DNA of 40,313 nt from a virus (IMGVR_UViG_3300021082_000063:1-40313); one strand, 5' to 3'; numbered from the stretch's first letter, positions 18,346-26,718 are shown. Numbers and translations are program-made. The notes: generated from the letters alone by a model not told the origin.

Positions 18346-18544
18346 GGTTTTTTCTCGCCCGGTACAGCCGCTTGCGTTCCGCAACATAGGCCCGGTTATC
18401 GATCTGCCACTGCTTGTCGTAGTCGGGGTTCTTCTTCTGCCAACGCTTTCTGATCTTGCGCTTGAGCGCCCGGTATTTCTCTGGATATTTGGCGCGCCAC
18501 GCCAGTGCGGCCCGGCGCGCCTTCTGTGCTTTGGTCAGGATCAC
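18338..18544 (-). CDS. Small basic hypothetical protein
   Basis: K/R-rich 68 aa, coupled to both neighbours. Confidence 0.6.
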   Translation of the reverse strand: MILTKAQKARRAALAWRAKYPEKYRALKRKIRKRWQKKNPDYDKQWQIDNRAYVAERKRLYRARKNRG

Positions 18545-19095
18545 GCAACGAGGCGGCGGCGGCGCAGCCGCTGCAGCCCAAACAGTCCCATCACACCAGC
18601 GAGCAGCGCAGGCAGACCCGCGCCAGCCGCTGGACCGGGAACAGCGAACGTCGAGATGTTGCCGGAGTAACCGGAGGTGCCGCTGCCGGTGCCGGTGAAC
18701 TCGGCGTAAAAGATGCCGGTGCCGTTAATGATGCCGCTGCCGCCGACCCCTTGGCAATTCGACACAAGCGGGCAAGCCGTTGCCGCCTGTGGTCCGAACA
18801 ACAAGACGTCGTCGCCATTGTTGACGACTTGGTCAACGCCAGCGGAATAAATCGACGCCACCCAATTGACGATCTGGTCGGCAGGAGAGGCGAACGTGTT
18901 GGTCGCGTTTGCGATTGTCAGATACGAAGGTCCGGTCAGACCGAACGTCACCTGATCCTCGAATGGTCCCACGGCGGGGGCGAGCTGAAAGTTGCCCGTC
19001 GCTGACGTCGGGTTGGCTACAAGGTTGACTTGGACAGCCTGTGCGCCGCTGGCGAGCGCAAGCAGCATCGTAGATGCCAGCAACAGCTTCTTCAT
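18541..19095 (-). CDS. Secreted PEP-CTERM-like protein (VPGP variant, FxDxxxF-type)
   Basis: Signal peptide MKKLLLASTMLLALASGAQA; C-terminal VPGPAAGAGLP, transmembrane segment and RLRRRR. Confidence 0.85.
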   Translation of the reverse strand: MKKLLLASTMLLALASGAQAVQVNLVANPTSATGNFQLAPAVGPFEDQVTFGLTGPSYLTIANATNTFASPADQIVNWVASIYSAGVDQVVNNGDDVLLFGPQAATACPLVSNCQGVGGSGIINGTGIFYAEFTGTGSGTSGYSGNISTFAVPGPAAGAGLPALLAGVMGLFGLQRLRRRRLVA

Positions 19096-19111
19096 TGGAT
19101 CGTCCTCTGGT

Positions 19112-19546
19112 TTAGAGCGCACCTTGCTCTTGATTGACCTCGTCCATCAGCAGATCGGGATCGATGCCAAGATTAAGATGGATTTCATCGAGGCACCGGG
19201 CGACGAACGTCTTGAACGCCAGCTCGCCCATGCTGGCAAAGGAGATTGATTTCGGAAACAGCACCACCTCTCCGGTCAGCGCGGGCGACGGCTCACAGTG
19301 GCCGGTCGCCATCTTTAATGCAAACAGCAACTCCTCCTCGTTTTTCCAGCGCCCGTCTGTGTTGTCGATCACCTTTCGGAGCAATGCAAAAAACCATCGA
19401 TGGTGCTTGGGGTTACGGGGTTGCCGGATGCCGACCAGCACCTCCGCGCCCTCTGGAATGCCGTGGATGGTGTCGTCGGCATTGAAATCGGCGGGGACCA
19501 ATGCCCCGCCGACCCGCTTCATGCAGCAACCGTCAAGGTCGGACAT
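19112..19546 (-). CDS. DUF1367-family protein
   Basis: PRN.KHHR.FFALL...PKSISFASM...F motifs. Confidence 0.8.
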   Translation of the reverse strand: MSDLDGCCMKRVGGALVPADFNADDTIHGIPEGAEVLVGIRQPRNPKHHRWFFALLRKVIDNTDGRWKNEEELLFALKMATGHCEPSPALTGEVVLFPKSISFASMGELAFKTFVARCLDEIHLNLGIDPDLLMDEVNQEQGAL

Positions 19547-20285
19547 CTTCAGCCGTCGCCGCCCGCTCGGTGGTTTCGTCCCAGATTACCAGACCCTGTT
19601 CGTCGGTCTTGATCTCCCGGTTGGCTTCCTTCGCCTTGGCGATGGCGGCCTCCAGCGGCGTCATCCTGTCCTCCGGCGGCGGTGGTGGCGGCGGCACCAG
19701 ATCGGGGACGACGTCGATGTCCTCCAGCTCCTCGCGGATACCCAGCCCCTTCAGCACGTCGGCAAAGGCGTCACGCAGCGCGAAGGCCCGCGCCCGCATC
19801 TGCAGCATCCGGTTCGGGTACTGCTGCCACGTCCCCGGCTTGCTCCACAGGCCAGCCTTCTCGGCGTCCACTTTGGAGAACGCGCGGGTCAGCGAGGCTT
19901 CGCCGCGCCGCTTCACGGTGCAGAACGCAGCCAGAGGGGCATCCTCACTGTTGGTCAGCCGCTCACTGAATTTCTCCAGCAAGCCTGATGCACGAACGAC
20001 GGCCAGCGAGCCGTCGCCATACAGGCCCGGCTTGCCGTTGATGACGGAGATCGATTGCAGCGCAGCCATCGGCGCGAGGCCGACCTCAAGGCCGTGCATG
20101 ATGATCACGGTGGCCTGCTCCGGTGTGTTGATGCCTTTCGGTGCGAGGCCAGCCGTCACCACTGCGTTGGCGATGCGGAATACCTCGTCGATGCTGGTCG
20201 GGATGATCGGCGTCACGGTCGCGCCGAGCCTCGCGATCAGTTGTGGCTTGGGTCGAAGGATAACGTCGCTTTTCTCTTCGCTCAC
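19533..20285 (-). CDS. RecT/Red-beta-like single-strand annealing protein
   Basis: GLEVGLAPM.ALQ.I.VINGKP.LYGD...W..YP.RML..RA...ALRDAFADVL.G...EE. Confidence 0.8.
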   Translation of the reverse strand: MSEEKSDVILRPKPQLIARLGATVTPIIPTSIDEVFRIANAVVTAGLAPKGINTPEQATVIIMHGLEVGLAPMAALQSISVINGKPGLYGDGSLAVVRASGLLEKFSERLTNSEDAPLAAFCTVKRRGEASLTRAFSKVDAEKAGLWSKPGTWQQYPNRMLQMRARAFALRDAFADVLKGLGIREELEDIDVVPDLVPPPPPPPEDRMTPLEAAIAKAKEANREIKTDEQGLVIWDETTERAATAEDVRP

Positions 20286-20294
20286 TGCACTCTC

Positions 20295-21185
20295 CTATGT
20301 TGCTTGTTCGGTTTCGATCTTGACCGTGCCGGGGAGGGGGTTGCCTCCCCGGCAGGCCGCATCCGCGAGACGCTGCACCAGCTCACGAACCTCTGCATTG
20401 TTTTTGATGGCGTTGATCGCAGTGTCGTAGTCCACGATCTTGGCCGACACCTTGACGCGCAACGCGACGGTGCGCTTGATCGAGCCAGCGCCGATCTTGG
20501 GCTGCTCAAGAAACTCCTCGACGCCCAGCTCACGCGCACGTTCGGCTTCCGCCTCCGCATCACGACGCAGCCGCACGAGGAACGGCGTCACGACCTTGAC
20601 CTTGATCTCCTGCTTGAGGGCGGCGGCGCTGTCGCGAACCGGAAACCATTTCTTGTCCACCAAGCGACCGGCGATCAGCGACGGTTCTTTTTCAACCTTA
20701 TGGAGAGCCGTTGCTGATTTCTCAATCTCCGCAAGGCTATTCGCGACATCCGACGCGCGATCCGCCGCTGCTTGGTCAGCGGCGGGGCCGGAGACAATAA
20801 GCCTTTTTGCCTCGGCCCCAAATTCATCCAGCCGGGATAGAACGGCCTCAATGCTGCTAGCATCTGGTGCGCGGTTTGATTTCGCCACGATCTCTGCGTC
20901 ATTCGGCCAGCGCCCTTCCTTGATGCGGTACAGATAATCTTCGTGCGTCACGGCTGCGTTGCCGCAGCTGTTCCAGACCTCTATCGGGTACTGATCTTTC
21001 TTGCCGTTGACGATGCAGACCAGATCGGAGCCGTGCCAGAAGAACGACACGGCGTCGTCGATGCCTTTGCGGCTGCGGCGATAGAACCCCGGCTGCATGT
21101 CGTTCATAAACAGCGTCGGCTTGTAGCCGCTCAACAGCTGCTGCCAGTAGCCGTAATCGCCGGTCCCGTATTTCAGTGCGGTCAC
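20295..21185 (-). CDS. Coiled-coil recombination-module protein (Gam/Gp157-like, tentative)
   Basis: GTG at 21185 after GGAGG. Helical C-terminal half with KEP.L..GR.VD..W and a terminal 'LPG.VKIE'; adjacent to the annealing protein. Confidence 0.6.
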   Translation of the reverse strand: MTALKYGTGDYGYWQQLLSGYKPTLFMNDMQPGFYRRSRKGIDDAVSFFWHGSDLVCIVNGKKDQYPIEVWNSCGNAAVTHEDYLYRIKEGRWPNDAEIVAKSNRAPDASSIEAVLSRLDEFGAEAKRLIVSGPAADQAAADRASDVANSLAEIEKSATALHKVEKEPSLIAGRLVDKKWFPVRDSAAALKQEIKVKVVTPFLVRLRRDAEAEAERARELGVEEFLEQPKIGAGSIKRTVALRVKVSAKIVDYDTAINAIKNNAEVRELVQRLADAACRGGNPLPGTVKIETEQAT

Positions 21186-21186
21186 G

Positions 21187-21270
21187 TCAGCCTCCCACGA
21201 CAATGGCGAACACTGCCACGGCTGCGACGAAGGCGCTGATCGATACCAGCTCGAAAAGTGTGTGGAACAT
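21187..21270 (-). CDS. 27-aa single-TM peptide (MFHTLFELVSISAFVAAVAVFAIVVGG)
   Basis: Below the ORF-track cutoff; GGGGA RBS; first gene of the leftward operon. Confidence 0.55.
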   Translation of the reverse strand: MFHTLFELVSISAFVAAVAVFAIVVGG

Positions 21271-21354
21271 GGGTAATCCCCCGTTTATTGACTTGATGGG
21301 CGTCATATAATATGAAACCACCTGTCATAGCAAATGGAAATGTGGACATCTCAG
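21271..21354. promoter_or_regulatory. Divergent promoter region with variant operator TCATATAATATGA
   Basis: AT-rich gap between divergent operons; TTGACT at 21288-21293; palindrome at 21303-21315. Confidence 0.6.
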
Positions 21355-21579
21355 ATGATGCCTAACAAAAAGCTGAAGCGGCTCGACAGTGTCGAAGCCG
21401 TGTTCAACGCGCTGGGCGACACCCATGACGTCGCCGCCGTTGCGGAGGTGCCGTACCGCACCGCGCTGAATTGGAAGAACCTCTACGACCGGCTCCCGGC
21501 CAGAACGTACAAGCGCATACAGGAGCGGCTGGCGGAGAAGGGCTACGTCGGCGACGACGATCTGTGGGGCATGATCTGA
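21355..21579 (+). CDS. Cro/YdaS-like HTH regulator
   Basis: VFNALG.T..VA....VPYRTALNWK...RLPA pattern; first gene of the rightward operon. Confidence 0.7.
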   Translation: MMPNKKLKRLDSVEAVFNALGDTHDVAAVAEVPYRTALNWKNLYDRLPARTYKRIQERLAEKGYVGDDDLWGMI

Positions 21580-22049
21580 TGCCCGTGAAGATCAACATCA
21601 ATCCAGATTGGACACCGGAGCGCGTTCAGTATCTGCGCGACAACTACAGAACGATGTTGGCTGCAGACATTGCCAAGACGTTTGGCGTGTTCACGCGCAA
21701 CGCAGTGATCGGAAAGGCGCGGCGTCTCGGCCTGCAATCCGATCACCGCATGCGACCGGCGAGGCGCGGGCCGAAACGTGTCCTGACAACAACCAAAGCG
21801 AAGATCAGTCCGAGGGGGATCATTGTGAAGCGGGAGAAGGTAATGGACGAGATCAAGCTGAAGGTGCTGCGCGGCCCGATCACCTTCATCGACCTTGAGC
21901 CGTGGCACTGCCGCGAGATCGTGCGCGACAAGCCGGTGATGTACTGCGGTCATCACAAGATGCAGGGCAGCTCGTACTGCCTTGAACACCACAGCAAGAA
22001 CCATGTCCGAATGGCAAACAGCAGAGTGGAGAAATACTATGGCCTCTGA
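21579..22049 (+). CDS. gcrA: GcrA-family transcription regulator
   Basis: WTPERV..L...TRNAVIGKARRLGL, plus C-terminal DL...CR.....YCG.....SSYC..H. Confidence 0.9.
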   Translation: MPVKININPDWTPERVQYLRDNYRTMLAADIAKTFGVFTRNAVIGKARRLGLQSDHRMRPARRGPKRVLTTTKAKISPRGIIVKREKVMDEIKLKVLRGPITFIDLEPWHCREIVRDKPVMYCGHHKMQGSSYCLEHHSKNHVRMANSRVEKYYGL

Positions 22050-22434
22050 CGTCACATCGACCAACGGCGAACTGCCTCCGGCCCGCGAAGCAATCGTCGA
22101 GCAGGGGCTTCGCATTTCGCAAGAGGTCGCCGCCGAACGTGACAGCCTCCGGCTGCTACTCTCGGAGCGCGACACCACCATCGCCGGGCTGAAGGCGCAG
22201 CTGGAGATCGCGGAGCTAGCGATGAGCCAGATGGGCAACCGCACTGCCGACATGATGGCGGCGCGAGATGAAGCCGTCGCCCGTCGTGCCGAGGTCGAGA
22301 CGGTGCTGGGGTCGATGATGGCGATTGGCCGCGCGTTCCGCATCGCCAATGAGCCGCTGATTAAGGAGGTGGAAGATGCAGAGGTTGCTTCCCCTTCTAT
22401 TCCTGCTGCTCGCAATCCTTCCGACGTTGGCTGA
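22039..22434 (+). CDS. Coiled-coil hypothetical protein
   Basis: GGAG RBS, ATG at 22039, heptad pattern. Confidence 0.7.
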   Translation: MASDVTSTNGELPPAREAIVEQGLRISQEVAAERDSLRLLLSERDTTIAGLKAQLEIAELAMSQMGNRTADMMAARDEAVARRAEVETVLGSMMAIGRAFRIANEPLIKEVEDAEVASPSIPAARNPSDVG

Positions 22435-22696
22435 CGGAGCTGATGTGCAGAGGCCGACGTGCATGAACCGCAGCGAGGCTCGCAAGGCGTGGCCCCGCGC
22501 CTACCTGTACTGGTCCGGTGGTCCGCGCGGACAGCGGTGCTGGAGCAATCGACGGCACAACCGGCGCATCGTGTTCGTGCCGGTCAAGGCAATGGCGGCT
22601 GAGCCGCCAGAGCCGCTGGAGATTTTACCGGAGGCGGTGAGGCTGTTCATGCCGCCGCTGCAGATATCGCCAATCGAATGGAGGTGGCCGAGATGA
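22376..22696 (+). CDS. Secreted hypothetical protein
   Basis: AAGGAGGT RBS; signal-peptide-like N-terminus; C...EAR..WP...LYW...CW motif. Confidence 0.65.
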   Translation: MQRLLPLLFLLLAILPTLADGADVQRPTCMNRSEARKAWPRAYLYWSGGPRGQRCWSNRRHNRRIVFVPVKAMAAEPPEPLEILPEAVRLFMPPLQISPIEWRWPR

Positions 22697-22908
22697 GTGA
22701 GTTCAAACAATACCAACGCAAGCAGATCGCGGAGCTGCGTCCGTATGTCAAAGGCGAGGACACCAGCAACATCAGCATCAGCGACGCGGACATCCTCGCT
22801 GGTTCACCAAAGACCGGCGACATGATCGCGAGGAACCCCAAGAACCACAACGACAAGTGGCTGGTGGCGGAGAAGTATTTCGCCGACAACTTTGAGCCGG
22901 TGACATGA
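22693..22908 (+). CDS. Conserved-looking small phage protein (GDMIARNPKNH..W motif)
   Basis: GGAGGT RBS, coupled ATGA start. Confidence 0.75.
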   Translation: MSEFKQYQRKQIAELRPYVKGEDTSNISISDADILAGSPKTGDMIARNPKNHNDKWLVAEKYFADNFEPVT

Positions 22909-23081
22909 CCGATCAAAAAAAACTCAACGCTGTGCGCGATGTGTACAAATTCTTCAGACAGCAACAGCCATCGTCGCCTGCATGGTTTCAGGTGGTGGAT
23001 AGTTGCATTGACATACTGATGCAGAGCCACATTGCAGACTTAGAGAGCCGTGCGCCAATGGTTGGGCATGAGGACGATTGA
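22905..23081 (+). CDS. Hypothetical protein (58 aa)
   Basis: Fills the gap exactly, with ATGA and TGATG overlaps (MTDQKKLNAVRDVY...); lower GC. Confidence 0.55.
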   Translation: MTDQKKLNAVRDVYKFFRQQQPSSPAWFQVVDSCIDILMQSHIADLESRAPMVGHEDD

Positions 23082-24586
23082 TGATCACTGAGCTGCGCGA
23101 CTATCAGGTCGAGGCGATCGACGAGCTGCGTGATGCGGTTCGCGACGGGCACCAGCGCGTCGTGATGCAGGCCCCGACCGGCGCAGGCAAGACGCTGGTG
23201 GGAGCCGCGATCATCGACAGCGCAGTCCGCAAGGGCAAGCGGGTGTTGTTCGTGGTCCCGGCGTTGTCACTGATCGACCAGACGGTCGGCGTGTTGCAGG
23301 GCGAGGGCGTCGATGACGTCGGCGTGATGCAGGCGATGCACGAGATGACGGACGGACGTTGCAAGGTTCAGGTCGCGTCGGTGCAGACCTTGAGCAAGCG
23401 GCAGTTCCCCGAGGCCGACATCATCATCATCGACGAGGTGCATCGCTGGTTTAAGTTCTACGGCAAGATGGTTCTGGACCCGGCGCACAAGGGCAAGCCG
23501 ATCATTGGATTGTCGGCCACGCCTTGGACGCGCGGGCTGGGATCGTATTTTACGAAGCTGCTGCAGCCGGTGACGACGCAGCAGCTGATCGACGACGGCT
23601 GGCTGTCGGATTTCAAGGTGTATGCACCCAGCTCGCCCGATCTCACAAACGTCCGCACGGTGGCTGGCGACTACCACGAAGGCGATCTCGGCGTGGTGAT
23701 GAACGATGGCAAGCTGGTCGCCGACGTGGTGCAGACGTGGCTGGAGAAGGCGCAGGGGAGGCCGACGCTATGCTTTGCGGTGGACTGCGCCCATGCGCGG
23801 GCTTTGCAGGAGCAGTTCGTCAGGGCTGGGGTGGCTGCGGACTATCAGGACGCCTACACCAAATCGGAGGCGCGGCACCATATACGGCATCGTTTCCACA
23901 ATGGGGACATCAAGGTTGTCTGCAACGTCGGGACGCTGACCACTGGTGTGGATTGGGATGTCCGCTGCATCGTGGTGGCGCGACCGACCAAAAGCGAGAT
24001 GCTGCACGTTCAGATTATCGGGCGTGGTTTGAGGACGGCTGAAGGTAAGGATCACTGTCTGATCCTCGACCACAGCGACAACCATATCCGCTTGGGGTTC
24101 GTCACCGACATCAATCATCCAGAGCTGGACAGCGGGCGCGAGCCGCGAGCCAAGACCAAGACCGAGGACGCCATCGCGCTGCCGCGACCGTGCGTCGGCT
24201 GCAAGGCGCTGCTGCCGCCCAAGACCAAGGTGTGTCCGGCCTGCGGGTTTGAACACCAGCCGCGCAACGGTGCCATCGTCTGCGCCGACGGCGAGCTGCT
24301 GGAGATGGACCGGGTCACCAAGAAGCAGAAGCCATCGCTGGGTGTTCGCGAGCAGCTGGTTCTGATGGGGCGACAATCGATCTACTCACAGCTGCTGCAC
24401 ATTCAGGAAGAGAAGGGCTACAAGCCGGGCTGGGCGTCGATGCAGTTCCGTGACGTGTTCGGATCACCACCCGCCGGGATTGTCTGGGCAACGCAAACTC
24501 CGACACCACAGCTGCGGTCGTGGATCAAGTCGCGGCAGATCGCCTATTTCAAGGCCCGTGAAAAAACACTGGAGACGGCACGATGA
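23081..24586 (+). CDS. SF2 DEAD/DEAH-box helicase (RadD/YejH-like) with C-terminal zinc ribbon
   Basis: QAPTGAGKT, DEVH, GLSATP, QIIGRGLR and CxxC...CxxC. Confidence 0.92.
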   Translation: MITELRDYQVEAIDELRDAVRDGHQRVVMQAPTGAGKTLVGAAIIDSAVRKGKRVLFVVPALSLIDQTVGVLQGEGVDDVGVMQAMHEMTDGRCKVQVASVQTLSKRQFPEADIIIIDEVHRWFKFYGKMVLDPAHKGKPIIGLSATPWTRGLGSYFTKLLQPVTTQQLIDDGWLSDFKVYAPSSPDLTNVRTVAGDYHEGDLGVVMNDGKLVADVVQTWLEKAQGRPTLCFAVDCAHARALQEQFVRAGVAADYQDAYTKSEARHHIRHRFHNGDIKVVCNVGTLTTGVDWDVRCIVVARPTKSEMLHVQIIGRGLRTAEGKDHCLILDHSDNHIRLGFVTDINHPELDSGREPRAKTKTEDAIALPRPCVGCKALLPPKTKVCPACGFEHQPRNGAIVCADGELLEMDRVTKKQKPSLGVREQLVLMGRQSIYSQLLHIQEEKGYKPGWASMQFRDVFGSPPAGIVWATQTPTPQLRSWIKSRQIAYFKAREKTLETAR

Positions 24587-24861
24587 ACGCCGGGCGCAAG
24601 GCGTTCCTGCTGGCCGGGCTGCGAGCGGCAGTGCTGAAGGTGAAGCTGATGGAGAACGAGCTGCTTGCAATCGGCGTGTCGGTGAAGCACGGCGTGATCA
24701 ACGAGGAGGGGGCAATGCAATGGCTGCACAGCGAAGGACTGCTGCATCTGATGCCGGAGGCATTTCAGATCGACGACGGCTCAACCGATACGTCTGTGAC
24801 AAGTGCCTCTCCGAAGCCGTCACCATCGAACCCGGCGTCGGACGTGTCCCCTACGAGCTGA
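24583..24861 (+). CDS. Hypothetical protein
   Basis: GGAG RBS and ATGA coupling to the helicase. Confidence 0.65.
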   Translation: MNAGRKAFLLAGLRAAVLKVKLMENELLAIGVSVKHGVINEEGAMQWLHSEGLLHLMPEAFQIDDGSTDTSVTSASPKPSPSNPASDVSPTS

Positions 24862-25064
24862 AATGCCGATCCGTGCTGTCGGTGGCGGGAGGGCGCGAGC
24901 GGTTGTGCGACGGCTTCGCGCGTTCGCAATTCTACGACGTCCCGAAGGGTGCGGTGCCGACGTGGGAGTTCTACTCGCCACAGGTCAGCGACATCCATTC
25001 GTGGTTCGACAGGTGGAAATTCACCAACAACATTCTCTTCATCAGGAAGATCGACAATGGGTGA
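24720..25064 (+). CDS. Cys-rich (zinc-binding-like) hypothetical protein overlapping the previous gene
   Basis: NRYVCDKC...C...C...SQFY...WEFY; ATG at 24720 after GAGGAGGGGG; its stop overlaps the next start. Confidence 0.5.
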   Translation: MAAQRRTAASDAGGISDRRRLNRYVCDKCLSEAVTIEPGVGRVPYELKCRSVLSVAGGRERLCDGFARSQFYDVPKGAVPTWEFYSPQVSDIHSWFDRWKFTNNILFIRKIDNG

Positions 25065-25545
25065 GATCGTGACGCTGACGCCGGGCGAGATGCTGATGGG
25101 GGCGAACGTCGGCGTGATGCGAAACCTCAACGCCATCGTGAAGGGCTACGAGGACAAGCACGGTTTTGAGGAGGAGGAGCAGTGGGAGGTCAACATCGTC
25201 GCGGCGCAGGCCGAGGTGGCGGTGGCAAAGTATCTCAATCTGTACTGGAGCGGCGCGACGTCGTTCGCCGCTGACGTCGGCGGTTTGGTCGAGGTGAGAT
25301 CGGTGGCGGCGGAATACAAGCGGCTGCTCGTCTACAAGACCAGCGCCGACGAGAAGCCGTTCGTCAGCGTGTGGCGCATCGACAAAAAGAAAATGGATTT
25401 CGATCTGCGCGGCTGGATGTACGGCAAGGACGCCAAGGTCGATAAGTATTGGTGCGATCCGAAGGGCAGCGGGCGCTTCAACTTTTTCGTCGAGACGCGC
25501 GATCTGCACCCCATGAACCGGCTCAAGGCTTCGCTGCCAAAGTAA
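25057..25545 (+). CDS. PD-(D/E)XK-like nuclease-fold phage protein
   Basis: AE.AVAKYL..YW...DVG..VEVRS pattern; AGGA RBS. Confidence 0.55.
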   Translation: MGEIVTLTPGEMLMGANVGVMRNLNAIVKGYEDKHGFEEEEQWEVNIVAAQAEVAVAKYLNLYWSGATSFAADVGGLVEVRSVAAEYKRLLVYKTSADEKPFVSVWRIDKKKMDFDLRGWMYGKDAKVDKYWCDPKGSGRFNFFVETRDLHPMNRLKASLPK

Positions 25546-25575
25546 GTCATTGATATTGCATAAGAATAATAGCTG

Positions 25576-25604
25576 TTGACCCGATCCATATAAAATGGGA
25601 TGAT
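25576..25604 (+). promoter_or_regulatory. Promoter with CCATATAAAATGG operator
   Basis: TTGACC at 25576-25581; operator at 25586-25598, identical to the one at 710-722. Confidence 0.65.
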
Positions 25605-25642
25605 GATGATGCGTTGAAACACAAACGCTTAAAGGAAACCAG

Positions 25643-25813
25643 ATGATCTCCATCCGCTTCTGCAATAGCTCTGGCTGCGAGCTGGTCAGCTATCCGGTGC
25701 CGACGCAAGACGGCGTCGATCAGGACGAGCTGATCTCCAAGACGCTGCGCGAGGCCGTCAGCAACGGCATCTTCTGCGTCGGCGACACCATCCGCATTGT
25801 CGAGGAGGCGTGA
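25643..25813 (+). CDS. Hypothetical protein (56 aa, MISIRFCNSSG...)
   Basis: AAGGA RBS, immediately downstream of the promoter; below the ORF-track cutoff. Confidence 0.65.
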   Translation: MISIRFCNSSGCELVSYPVPTQDGVDQDELISKTLREAVSNGIFCVGDTIRIVEEA

Positions 25814-25814
25814 C

Positions 25815-26030
25815 ATGAAAGGCCTCAAGACTTACGCCGACCAAGTCAACGCATGGGCCTCGCGCCGCGTGTTGAGCGGCAAGCCGCTGCCGAACAAGGA
25901 CAGCCTGCGCGACATGGCTGATCAGGTATCGCAGGGCGATCTCGACACCATGCAGCTCGACATCGTCTGCGACATGATTGATCGCAAGATCGCGACGTGG
26001 CTCAAGCGAGACACGCCGATCCTCCGCTAA
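25815..26030 (+). CDS. Hypothetical protein
   Basis: GAGGAGG RBS, ATG at 25815. Confidence 0.7.
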   Translation: MKGLKTYADQVNAWASRRVLSGKPLPNKDSLRDMADQVSQGDLDTMQLDIVCDMIDRKIATWLKRDTPILR

Positions 26031-26037
26031 ACCGAAA

Positions 26038-26067
26038 CCCCGCCCCGGTGTCGCAGCCGGGGCGGGG
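26038..26067. terminator. GC-rich 11-bp hairpin
   Basis: CCCCGCCCCGG-N8-CCGGGGCGGGG; U-rich tail only on the minus strand. Confidence 0.45.
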
Positions 26068-26100
26068 CCTAGTGCAACTAGCAACAGAGGAGAAGCACAG

Positions 26101-26547
26101 ATGACGACACTGCGAGAGAAGCGGCACCGTCAGTGCCTGAATACCATTGGACGGCTGACCGAGCAACGCGAGGTGACATTCCGTCGGCTCGCGATCATCC
26201 AGAACAAGCTGCATTTTGAGAGGACGCGCCTGCGCCGCCTGCAGAAGGAGCTGGGCAAGGCCCCGGTGTTCACGCCACTGCCCAAAGCACCGGAGTGGAT
26301 ACCGAAGGGCGAGCCAGAGCCATCTGGCCCGCTGCCGACGCTGTACCCCGACCCGATCCCCGATTTCCTGAAGCGGGACAAGGCCGACGCCAAGGCCCGC
26401 GCCGAGATCGCCGCCGAGAAGGAGGCCCGCGCCAAGGCCAAGCGGGACGGCAAGGGCGTGGTTCGACCCAGCAAGAAGATAGGCCCAGACGCCCAGCGGA
26501 TGCCGCTGATGGGCCGGGACGCCCTGAAGGCTATCCGAGGCAAGTAG
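26101..26547 (+). CDS. Basic hypothetical protein with IPDFLKR motif
   Basis: GAGGAG RBS, ATG at 26101. Confidence 0.75.
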   Translation: MTTLREKRHRQCLNTIGRLTEQREVTFRRLAIIQNKLHFERTRLRRLQKELGKAPVFTPLPKAPEWIPKGEPEPSGPLPTLYPDPIPDFLKRDKADAKARAEIAAEKEARAKAKRDGKGVVRPSKKIGPDAQRMPLMGRDALKAIRGK

Positions 26548-26670
26548 GAACCACAGCCAGCCGGTTGTTCGATGGGTCCGGCTGGACGTCCACTCGACAG
26601 GTGACGGTCAACAACAGTCGAGAGCCGGTGGCGGGGGCTATCCTTTTCCTCCGCGCGACCGGCAGTTCCT
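26546..26670 (+). ncRNA. Candidate four-way-junction structured RNA
   Basis: Closing stem AGGAAC/GTTCCT encloses three hairpins (26557-26585, 26593-26622, 26624-26663). Confidence 0.4.
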
Positions 26671-26688
26671 CCATGAAACATTTCGTGA

Positions 26689-26718
26689 TTGGCACCGATC
26701 CATATAATATGGGAGAAC
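26689..26718 (+). promoter_or_regulatory. Promoter with CCATATAATATGG operator
   Basis: TTGGCA at 26689-26694; operator at 26700-26712. Shares CCGATCCATATAA-ATGGGA and a downstream CGTTGAA with the 25581 site. Confidence 0.6.

Noticed and set aside
26546-26670. tRNA or known self-cleaving ribozyme
   Set aside because: No correctly placed T-loop, anticodon arm or CCA geometry, and no hammerhead (CUGANGA/GAAA) or hairpin-ribozyme core.
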